From Actinomycetota bacterium (GTDB taxonomy: Bacteria; Actinomycetota; Acidimicrobiia; Spongiisociales; UBA11373): 64,000 bases of DNA. Positions 30,090 to 40,334 of this stretch are shown piece by piece. Every line of letters starts with the position of its first letter. Position 1 is the stretch's first letter. The translations under genes were made by a program, and so were the position numbers. The notes under the pieces are model-generated. The model was not told where the DNA came from and did not search any database. It worked only from the letters and a program-made list of their open reading frames with translations. The DNA lies in NCBI GenBank assembly GCA_016870535.1, contig VGBK01000002.1, positions 2,841 to 66,840 of the forward strand, read 5' to 3'.

Positions 30090-30832
30090 CACATTTGTTA
30101 CTACCTGCCCGTGATGTTCGCAGGCGAGGTGGCCAGGTCATTTCTGCCTGGCTCCTCATGTCGCCATGAGGGTCGGACTGTCTCATCGCCCTTCACAAGG
30201 GCGCCTGGCGTACAGTCTCTGAGGATCCTGCCAGAATCTGATCCAGGGTTCGCGCCCGCTGCTTTCCCACTCCGTTCATGGTGTAGGCCAGCCGGATCAG
30301 GCGTTCGAATCCTGCTCTCACGAGGTGTTCCTTCTTGCGCATTGCCCTCACGATGAGAGCGAAAGTCTCGAAGTCCTGACGCTTGACGATGAGAGGATGC
30401 CTCTCGAAGAACGGCACTACGCACCGTTCCAGATCGGACATCCTGCGCACTTCAAAGGTCAATACCGAGCTCTTCGGTCCCTTCTGCCGGATGAATCCGC
30501 ATCCGAAGAGCCGCCGGATTCGTTCGAGTGCCTCCCGACCGCGCTCGTGCTGGTAGACCTGGAAGACAGCCTGAAGCTGCCACCCGTTGGTCATCTTCGC
30601 ACCCGGATTCCGGTGGATCGACACGGAGAAGCATCCCTCTCCGTCGACGAACCCACAGAGCCAGTTCGGGTCGAGAGCCGATTCCTGAGTTTCCTGCTGA
30701 TAGTCCGCACCGGAAGGATTGTCACTCATCATGCCGGCACCGTATCGCACGGCACTGACAGTAATGAGTACCTCCGGATTCCCGGATGTCCCAGCATACA
30801 GCCAGGTTTTGCAACCGCCAGGTCGCTAACCG
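30090..30832 (-). mobile_element. Intron (probable group I) in the 23S rRNA gene, carrying a LAGLIDADG homing endonuclease gene.
   Basis: The conserved domain IV sequence ...GGCGGUAACUAUAACCGU | CCUAAGGUAGCGAAAUUCCUUGUCGGGUAAGUUCCGACC is contiguous in other bacteria. Here it is split by 743 nt. The insertion ends in G before exon 2, exon 1 ends in U, and a GCGGUU tract within the intron is complementary to the exon-1 terminus (AACCGU), giving a P1 with a G·U pair. Confidence 0.7.
30193..30750 (-). CDS. LAGLIDADG-family homing endonuclease, single-motif homodimeric type, encoded in the 23S intron.
   Basis: 185 aa. The N-terminal motif LCGFVDGEGCFSV is the canonical LAGLIDADG dodecapeptide. 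The ORF is on the rRNA sense strand and lies entirely inside the insertion. Confidence 0.8.
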   Translation of the reverse strand: MRYGAGMMSDNPSGADYQQETQESALDPNWLCGFVDGEGCFSVSIHRNPGAKMTNGWQLQAVFQVYQHERGREALERIRRLFGCGFIRQKGPKSSVLTFEVRRMSDLERCVVPFFERHPLIVKRQDFETFALIVRAMRKKEHLVRAGFERLIRLAYTMNGVGKQRARTLDQILAGSSETVRQAPL

Positions 30833-31752
30833 ACGGTTATAGTTACCGCCGCCGTTTACCGGGGCTTAGGTTCAGAGCTTCGCCACCGAAGTGGCTAACC
30901 CCTCCCCTTGACCTTCCGGCACCGGGCAGGCGTCAGAGCGTATACAGCGTCTTGCGACTTAGCACGCTCCTGTGTTTTTAGTAAACAGTCGCTTGGGCCG
31001 AGTCACTGCGGCCTCCTCGGGCTCGAGCATGCGAAACGCTCTCACCCTACCGAGGCGCCCCTTCTCCCTAAGTTACGGGGCGATTTTGCCGAGTTCCTTA
31101 ACCACGGTTCTCTCGCTCGCCTTGGTATTCTCTACCTGTCCACCTGTGTCGGTTTGGGGTACGGGCACCTTGTGCACTCGCTAGAGGCTTTTCTCGGCGG
31201 CATGGGCGTTCGGCAGCTTCTCCTAAAGCGGATCGGCATCACGCCTCAGGCTTAGTGGGGTCCGGGTTTGCCTGGACCCCGCCCTACACGCTTGCCCCGG
31301 GTCAACCAACGCCCGGGTCTGCTTACCCTTCCGCGTCACCCCATCGCTGGCCTAGTGCCGGCCGGTTCGGTAGGCCCCGAAGGGCTTTCCTTAGCAGGCC
31401 GGGGTCGGCCGTGGCGCGCACATGGTGGTACTGGAATATCAACCAGTTGTCCATCGACTACGCCTCGCGGCCTCGCCTTAGGTCCCGACTAACCCTGGGC
31501 GGACGAGCCTTCCCCAGGAAACCTTGGACATTCGGCGGGGGAGATTCTCACTCCCCATTCGCTACTCATGCCGGCATTCGCACTCCAGCAGCCTCCACGG
31601 CTGGCTCCCGCCGCCGCTTCGCTGGCTGCTCGACGCTCCCCTACCGATCCCGCCGCCTGGACCCGTCCCCCGAAAGGAACAGGCCTGGCTGATGGCGGAA
31701 TCCCGCAGCTTCGGTGCTGGACTTGAGCCCCGTTACATTTTCCGCGCAGAAC

Positions 31753-31822
<70 letters not shown>

Positions 31823-33126
31823 AGCAATTCCACATCGTTCCCCACTTAGTCCAGACTTTGGGACCTTAGCTGGCGATCTGGGCTGTTTCCCTTTTGACCA
31901 GTGAGGCTCATCCCCCACGGTCTGACTGCCGCGCTGTGGCACCATGGCATTCGGAGTTCGACTGAGATCGGTAAGCTTGTAGGCCCCCTAGCCCAATCGG
32001 TGCTCTACCTCCACGGTGGAATGCGCGACGCTAGCCCTAAAGCTATTTCGGGGAGAACCAGCTATCGCCGAGTTTGTTTGGCCTTTCACCCCTATCCACA
32101 GGTCATCCCCCAGGTTTTCAACCCTGGTGGGTTCGGGCCTTCGCGAGGTCTTACCCTCGGTTCACCCTGCCCATGGATAGATCACTCGGCTTCGGGTCTA
32201 GAGCACGCGACTAGACGCCCTATTCAGACTCGCTTTCGCTGCGGCTACGGCTCTCGCCTTAACCTTGCCACGTACCGCTAACTCGCCGGCTCATTCTTCA
32301 AAAGGCAGGCCGTCAGGCCCCCGAAGGAGCCCTCCGACTGCTTGTAGGTCCACGGTTTCAGGTTCTATTTCACTCCCCTCACCGGGGTGCTTTTCACCTT
32401 TCCCTCACGGTACTGGTTCACTATCGGTCGCTGGGTAGTACTTAGCCTTACGAGGTGGTCCTCGCAGATTCACACGGGATTTCACGTGCCCCGTGCTACT
32501 TGGGAACTCCACACGGAGGCCGGTGCGCTTTCGCCTACAGGGCTGTTACCTTCTGTGGCCCTCCTTTCCAGGAGGCTTCGGCTAGCACCCGGCTTGGTAA
32601 CTCCGCAGCAGTGCCGGCGCACTGCTCAGTGGGTCCCACGACCCCGACACGGCAACGCCACCGGGCTATCACGCCGTGTCGGTTTAGGCTCATCCCGTTT
32701 CGCTCGCCGCTACTCAGGGAGTCGCTGTTGCTTTCCATTCCTCGGGGTACTGAGATGTTTCAATTCCCCCGGTTGCCTCAACCGGCCCTATGTGTTCAGA
32801 CCGGAGCGGCCGGGCATTACCCCGGCCAGGTTTCCCCATTCGGACATCCCCGGGTCAAAGCCTGCTTGACGGCTCACCGAGGCTTATCGCAGCCTGCCAC
32901 GTCCTTCATCGGCTCCCAGCGCCAAGGCATCCACCGTAGACCCTTAGTAGCTTGTTGGTAGAATCCAAGACGCTTGTGCTCGCTATGCAGTTCTCAAGGT
33001 GCCGGAGGAATCGGGTTTCCCCGCTCCCTCACGACTGAACAGTGTGTCCGACCGACCCGAAGGCCGCTCGTTTCAGCCGTCGCATTGACTGGGTGCTCGA
33101 GGCCGAAAGGCCTCAGTGAGCTCCTT

Positions 33127-34657
<1,531 letters not shown>

Positions 34658-34659
34658 CG

Positions 34660-34995
34660 TAGATCTCGGCCCTGAGGCCGGAATCCGTGTGTGAGTCTGA
34701 AGGCGGGTCTTTGGCCAAACCATTCACCCGCCCGCACCGCGTCTTGGTAGCGCGGTGCACTTGAAGTACGACCGACCACAGACGGCACGAAGCCGCCCGC
34801 GGAGGGCTCGACTGGCTGTTGACACACTGTTCAGTTGTCAAGGAGCCGGGATGTCAGCCACCCAGGCGTCGCCCGCGAGGACACGCCTCAGGTGCGGCAC
34901 GTAACCCTAGCCGCTCTGCCCGTCCAGGTCAAGACACAACCGCGGCGGCGCCGGTGGCTGGCCGACGCCCCGGCACTAGGCTACCGTCGCGCCCC
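34660..34995. promoter_or_regulatory. Divergent promoter region: rRNA operon leader and promoter on the minus strand, tyrS promoter on the plus strand.
   Basis: On the minus strand, CTTGACA lies at about 34843..34837 upstream of the 16S leader. On the plus strand, TTGACA at 34819-34824 lies upstream of tyrS. Confidence 0.4.
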
Positions 34996-36276
34996 GTGAC
35001 CGACGCCCTCGACTCCCTCCACTCACTTCGCTCTCGCGGCTTCGTGCACGCGGTGACCGACGAGGGTGCCCTCGGCCGGCTCCTCGCCGAGGAGCGCGTC
35101 ACCTTCTACGTCGGCTTCGATCCCACCGCCGCCTCCCTCCACATCGGCCATCTCATGGGCATGATCGCCATGGCCTGGCTGCAGCGGGCGGGCCACCGCC
35201 CCATCGCCGTCGTCGGCGGGGGGACCGGCCGGATCGGCGACCCCTCCTTCCGCGACGAGGAGCGCGAACTCCTCGACGAGGATCGGCTCCGCGGCAACCT
35301 CGACGGCATTCGCCGGCAGCTGGCCCGCGTCCTGGACCTGACCGACGGCCTCCTCCTCGACAACCACGAGTGGCTCGGCCGGTTCGGCTTCATCGAGTTC
35401 TTGCGCGACGTCGGCAAGCACTTCTCGGTCAACGCCATGATCGCGCGCGAGTCGGTGCGCCGGCGCCTCGAAGAGCGCGAGCACGGCATCTCGTTCACCG
35501 AGTTCTCCTACCAGTTGCTGCAGGCCTACGACTTCGCCCACCTGTACGCCGCTCACGGCTGCCGCCTCCAGGCCGGGGGGTCGGACCAGTGGGGCAATAT
35601 CACCGCCGGCATCGACCTCACCCGCCGGCTGCACGGCGCCCGGGTTTTCGGCCTGGTGTGGCCGCTCGTGGAGCGCTCCGACGGCCGGAAGTTCTCCAAG
35701 TCGACCGGCGAGGCCGTCTGGCTCGACGCCGCCCTCACCTCGCCCTACGCCTTCTACCAGTGGTTCTTCAACGTGCCCGACGCCGACGCCGGTCGGTTCC
35801 TGCGGCTGTTCACCTTCCTGCCGCTCGAGGAGATCGCCTCCCTCGAGGCCGCCCAGGGGGAGAACCCGGCGGCCCGGCCGGCGCAACGGGCGCTGGCCGC
35901 GGAGGTCACCCGCATCGTTCACGGGGAGGGGGGAGTTCGACAGGCGGAGCGAGCCAGTCGGGCTCTCTTCGGCGACGAGCCCTTGGCCGGCCTGGACGAC
36001 CGGACCCTGGCCGACGCCTTCGACACTGCCCCGACGGTCGATCTGCCCCGCGACCGCCTCGAGGCGGGCCTCCACCTCACCGACCTCATGATCGCTGCCG
36101 GGGCGGCGAAGTCCCGCGGCGAGGCCCGCCGCCTGGTGGAACAGGGCGCCGTGAGCCTCAACAACCGGCGCGTCGAAGACGCCGCTGCCCGGATCGGCCC
36201 CGCCGACCTGGTGGGCACCTCCACGGTCGTGCTGCGGGTGGGCAAGAAGCGGCACTTCCTGGCGCGCTTTCGCTGA
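34996..36276 (+). CDS. tyrS: Tyrosine--tRNA ligase.
   Basis: Class I HIGH motif (HIGH as 'HIGHLMG'), KFSKS (KMSKS), and a C-terminal S4 domain. GTG start at 34996. The track start at 34819 lies in the promoter region. Confidence 0.85.
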   Translation: MTDALDSLHSLRSRGFVHAVTDEGALGRLLAEERVTFYVGFDPTAASLHIGHLMGMIAMAWLQRAGHRPIAVVGGGTGRIGDPSFRDEERELLDEDRLRGNLDGIRRQLARVLDLTDGLLLDNHEWLGRFGFIEFLRDVGKHFSVNAMIARESVRRRLEEREHGISFTEFSYQLLQAYDFAHLYAAHGCRLQAGGSDQWGNITAGIDLTRRLHGARVFGLVWPLVERSDGRKFSKSTGEAVWLDAALTSPYAFYQWFFNVPDADAGRFLRLFTFLPLEEIASLEAAQGENPAARPAQRALAAEVTRIVHGEGGVRQAERASRALFGDEPLAGLDDRTLADAFDTAPTVDLPRDRLEAGLHLTDLMIAAGAAKSRGEARRLVEQGAVSLNNRRVEDAAARIGPADLVGTSTVVLRVGKKRHFLARFR

Positions 36277-36363
36277 GGCCCCGCCGCCTGTGGATAAATC
36301 CCGCGCTCCGCGCGCTTGCCCCGCTACCCTTCGCGCGCACTAGTCGACACCAGGACACCCTAG

Positions 36364-38754
36364 ATGTCTCGCCGCGCGGCGGGCGTGCTGGTGATAGCGC
36401 TGTTAGCCGCCGCCTGCGCTGTAGAGCCCATCGAGGATCCGGGCATAGGAGCGGGCAGCCTCACCAGCGTGGTGTACGCCGCCGACGGGACGGCGCTCAC
36501 CGAATGGCACGCGGGCGAAGACCGGGTGCTGGTGCGCTATGACCAGCTCCCCCGCCATCTGGTCGATGCCGTGGTGGCCATCGAAGACCAGCGATTCTGG
36601 GTCCACCCGGGCGTCGACCTCCGCGCCGTGGTGCGGGCGGTGCAGGCCGATCTCGCCGCAGGCGAGGTCGTCCAGGGCGGCTCCACCATCACCCAGCAGT
36701 ACGTCAAGAACGCGCTGCTGACGCCGGAGGTGAGCCTCGATCGCAAGATGCGGGAAGTGTCCTTGGCACTGGGAGTCGAGAAGACCCTGAGCAAGCAGGA
36801 GGTCTTCGAGAGGTACGTCAACACCGTCTTCCTCGGGAACGGGGCCTACGGCGTCGGAGCCGCCGCCCGCCGCTACTTCGGCAAAGAGGTGTCCGCCCTG
36901 ACCCTCGACGAGTCGGCGCTGCTGGCCGGCCTCATCCGCCGGCCGAACGCCCTCGACCCCTACCTGTACCCGAACGCCGCCGTGGCGCGCCGCCAGACGG
37001 TGCTCGACAAGATGGTGGATCTGGGCTGGCTACCGAAGGCCGAAGCCGATGCCGCCGGCGCCCTGCCCCTGCGCCTCCAGCCCGAAGGCGCCGCCGACCG
37101 CTCCCGCTTCCCCTACTTCACCGACGAGGTACGCCGCCGCCTCCTGGCCGAGCCCGCCCTCGGCGCCTCCCCTGAGGATCGCTTCACCGCCCTTACCACG
37201 GGCGGCCTCCGCGTCTACACCACCCTGGATACGGCAGCCCAATTGGCGGCGGAGGCTGCGGTCGCCTCGGTGGTTCCCGCCGGCGGCCCCTCGGCCGCCC
37301 TGGCCGCGGTCGACCCGCGCACCGGCCACGTGCTGGCCCTCGTCGGCGGCGCCGACTACTACGACCCCGACGACCCGGTGGCCCAGTTCAACCTGGCCAC
37401 TCTCGGGCGTCGCCAGCCCGGCTCCGCCTTCAAGCCCTTCGCTCTCGCCGCGGCCCTGCAGGCCGGCATCGGGCTCGACTCCGAGTTCGAGGGGGGGCGC
37501 TCGGCGGTCGTCCAGACCCCCGCCGGTCGCTGGCGCGTGGAGAACTACAACCGGCTCGCCTACCCCAACCTCACCCTCCTCGAGGCGACCGTGTTCTCGG
37601 TGAACGTGGTCTACGCGCGGCTGATGAACCTCCTCGACCCCTCCGACGTCGTCGCCCTGGCCCGGGCCGCCGGGATCACCTCGCCACTGGAGGCCCTGCC
37701 CTCGCTGGCGCTGGGCACCCAGGAGGTCACCGTCCTCGAAATGGCCTCCGCCTACGCCACCTTCGCCGCCGGCGGCCTCCGCATCGACCCCGTCCTGGTC
37801 ACCCGGATCGAGGACCCCTCCGGCCGGGTGCTCTTCCAGGCGGTGCCCACCATCCGCAAGGCGATGGACCCCTCCATCGCCGAGGAGGTGACCGCCGCCC
37901 TCACCGAGGTCGTGACGCGGGGGACGGGCCAGCAGGCCAGGATCGGCCGCCCGGTGGCGGGAAAGACGGGCACCACCGAAGGCCAGTACGACGCCTGGTT
38001 CGTCGGCTACACCCCGGAGTTGTCCGCCGCCGTCTGGCTCGGGTTCCCCCGGGGCGATCGCCCCATGGAGGCCCCGCACACCCCCTTCACCATCACCGGC
38101 GGCACCTGGCCGGCCCAGATCTGGGCCCGGTTCGCCACCGGGGCCCTCTCCGGGATCCCGTATCGGGATCTCCCGGACGCCGACTCCGCCGACCTGGTAG
38201 CAGTGCAGATCGACCTCTCCACCGGCTTCCTCGCCGGGCCCCTGTGCCCTCGGGCCCACGTGGCCACGATCCACGTCCATCCCGAGAGCGCCCCGACCGT
38301 TCGCTGCCCCATCCACCACCCGGAAGGAGTCGAACTGCCCTCTCCCGGATTCGTCCCCGCGGTCTCCGGACGCGACCTCGCCGAGGCCGTCGCCTGGCTG
38401 GAGGCAGCCGGGTATCAGGCCACCGCCGAGTGGGTCGGGGCCCCGGGGCGCATCCCGGGAAGGGTGGTGACCCAGTATCCCGCCTCCGACAGCCCGCTGG
38501 CGCCCGGATCCCGCGTCGCTCTCACCGTGGTCGGCCCCGAACCGGGCACGGCCATCCCCGATGTCCTCGGCCTCCTCGCCGGCGACGCCCGGAAGGCCCT
38601 GGAGACCTACGGGTTCCGGGTTCGCACCGTAGTAACCCCCGAACCGGACCCCGGCGCCGCCGCCCTCCATCGGGGCCGCGCCTGGTCGCAGTCCCCGACG
38701 GCCGGCCTGCCCCCCGGCGACACCGACACGATCACTCTCCTGGTCAACCCCTGA
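36364..38754 (+). CDS. ponA: Class A penicillin-binding protein (transglycosylase/transpeptidase) with two C-terminal PASTA domains.
   Basis: GT51 motifs (EDQRFWVHPGVD, GGSTITQQYVKN). Transpeptidase SxxK/SxN/KTG (KTGTT). PASTA repeats at the C-terminus. Confidence 0.8.
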   Translation: MSRRAAGVLVIALLAAACAVEPIEDPGIGAGSLTSVVYAADGTALTEWHAGEDRVLVRYDQLPRHLVDAVVAIEDQRFWVHPGVDLRAVVRAVQADLAAGEVVQGGSTITQQYVKNALLTPEVSLDRKMREVSLALGVEKTLSKQEVFERYVNTVFLGNGAYGVGAAARRYFGKEVSALTLDESALLAGLIRRPNALDPYLYPNAAVARRQTVLDKMVDLGWLPKAEADAAGALPLRLQPEGAADRSRFPYFTDEVRRRLLAEPALGASPEDRFTALTTGGLRVYTTLDTAAQLAAEAAVASVVPAGGPSAALAAVDPRTGHVLALVGGADYYDPDDPVAQFNLATLGRRQPGSAFKPFALAAALQAGIGLDSEFEGGRSAVVQTPAGRWRVENYNRLAYPNLTLLEATVFSVNVVYARLMNLLDPSDVVALARAAGITSPLEALPSLALGTQEVTVLEMASAYATFAAGGLRIDPVLVTRIEDPSGRVLFQAVPTIRKAMDPSIAEEVTAALTEVVTRGTGQQARIGRPVAGKTGTTEGQYDAWFVGYTPELSAAVWLGFPRGDRPMEAPHTPFTITGGTWPAQIWARFATGALSGIPYRDLPDADSADLVAVQIDLSTGFLAGPLCPRAHVATIHVHPESAPTVRCPIHHPEGVELPSPGFVPAVSGRDLAEAVAWLEAAGYQATAEWVGAPGRIPGRVVTQYPASDSPLAPGSRVALTVVGPEPGTAIPDVLGLLAGDARKALETYGFRVRTVVTPEPDPGAAALHRGRAWSQSPTAGLPPGDTDTITLLVNP

Positions 38755-38878
38755 GGGGCCCGGGCGGATGGGTGGTGGGCTTCGCCCGCCGTCTGATCCA
38801 ATCCGCCCGAAGCGCCTGCGCCTTCGGGCGAGGGCCGGGCAGGCGGGGCCGGCTCCCCTCCCCCCATCGGCGCGGCCG

Positions 38879-39433
38879 CTAGGGCCCGGGCTCCACCATC
38901 CGGAACCTCCATGGACGGTCGGCGGCCCGGGAGATGCCCACCCTCGGCCCGGCCACAATGCGCCGCCCCGGCGGCGGGTCACCCAGCAAGCGCACCGGTC
39001 CCTCGAGGAGCGAGGTGCCGTCGTGCTCGCCGGTCACCCCCAGAGCCTGGGCCAGCTTGCCGGGCCCGTCGCACAGATGATCCGAACGGCCCCGCCGCCG
39101 GCGCATCTCCTCCTCCCCCACCAGCGGCCGACCCGCCCGGAGCAGGACCGCGGCCGGCTCCCCCACCGCGCCGGCGACCGCGTTCAGGCACCAATGGATG
39201 CCGTAGGAGCGGTAGACGTACAGGGTGCCCGGGGAGCGAAACATGCTGGCATTGCGACGCGTCCAACCCCCGAAGCCGTGGCTCGCCGGATCCTCGGTCC
39301 CCCCATAGGCCTCGACCTCGGTGAGGAGCACCTCACACACGATCCCGCCGATCTCACTGCGCAGGCGGCGGCCCAGCAGGCGGCGCGCCGCCGCCACCAC
39401 GTCACCGGCCAGGAGGCGGGGGAGGTCGCTCAC
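38879..39433 (-). CDS. mpg: DNA-3-methyladenine glycosylase II (Mpg/AAG family).
   Basis: GGIVCEVLLTEVEAYGGTEDPASHGFGGWTRRNASMFRSPGTLYVYRSYGIHWCLNAV matches the Mpg fold. GTG start at 39433 overlaps the argF stop. Confidence 0.7.
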   Translation of the reverse strand: MSDLPRLLAGDVVAAARRLLGRRLRSEIGGIVCEVLLTEVEAYGGTEDPASHGFGGWTRRNASMFRSPGTLYVYRSYGIHWCLNAVAGAVGEPAAVLLRAGRPLVGEEEMRRRRGRSDHLCDGPGKLAQALGVTGEHDGTSLLEGPVRLLGDPPPGRRIVAGPRVGISRAADRPWRFRMVEPGP

Positions 39434-40333
39434 CCCGCCACGTGCAGCAAGATGGCCTTGAAGGCGTGCATCCGGTTCTCCGCCTGATCGAAGATGCGGC
39501 TCCGTTCGTGGTCGGCCACGCCGTCGGTGACCTCGTCGCCGCGGTGGGCCGGAAGGCAGTGCAGGAAGATGGCCTGTGGGCCGGCCAGCGCAAAGAGGCG
39601 CTCGTCCACCCGGAAGGGCTCGAAGAGGCGCCGCCGCTCCGCCGCCTCCGCCTCCTGACCCATCGAGGCCCACACATCGGTGTAGACGGCGTCCGCCCCG
39701 CGCACCGCCTCCGCGGGGTCATGGCCGATCGAGATCTCCGCTCCGGGAGCGGCCAGCGCCCGGGCCCGCGCCACCACCTCGTCGGACGGCTCGAAGCCCG
39801 GAGGCGAGGCCACCCGCAGGCTCACCCCGCGCATCGCCCCCGCCAGGAGCAGCGAGTGGCAGACGTTGTTGCCGTCGCCCAGAAAGGCCAGCACCGCTCC
39901 CGGCAGCGGCCGGGACTCGGCCAGCGTCTGTAGATCGGCCAGCGCCTGGCAGGGGTGCTCGAGGTCGGACAGCAGGTTGATCACCGGGGCAGCGGCATGC
40001 TCGGCCACCGTCACCAGGTCGCGGTGGCGGAACACCCGGAAGCAGAGGACGTCCAGATAGCGGTCGAGGGTGCGGGCCACATCGGCCACCGACTCCCGCT
40101 TCCCCAGTCCCACCTCGTCCTGCTTCAGCACCAGCGGCACTGCTCCCACGTCGGCGGCGGCTACCTCGCAGGACACTCGCGTGCGCGTGGACGGCTTCTC
40201 GAAGAAGAGGCCCACCTTGCGCCCGGTGAGGCGCCCGGCGGCCTTGCCCGGTTCGGCCTTGACCGCGGCCGCGGTGGCCAGCACCTCGGCCAGGCCCTCG
40301 CCACCGAGATCGGCGACGCTCAAGAAGTCCATG
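39430..40333 (-). CDS. argF: Ornithine carbamoyltransferase.
   Basis: STRTR motif, HPCQALAD and HCLPAHRG. ATG at 40333. The track ORF is over-extended. Confidence 0.85.
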
Positions 40334-40334
40334 C

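Noticed and set aside
34850-34995. Possible T-box leader upstream of tyrS.
   Set aside because: No T-box consensus (AAUUAGGGUGGNACCGCG) or specifier-loop architecture is seen. The region is better explained as divergent promoters.
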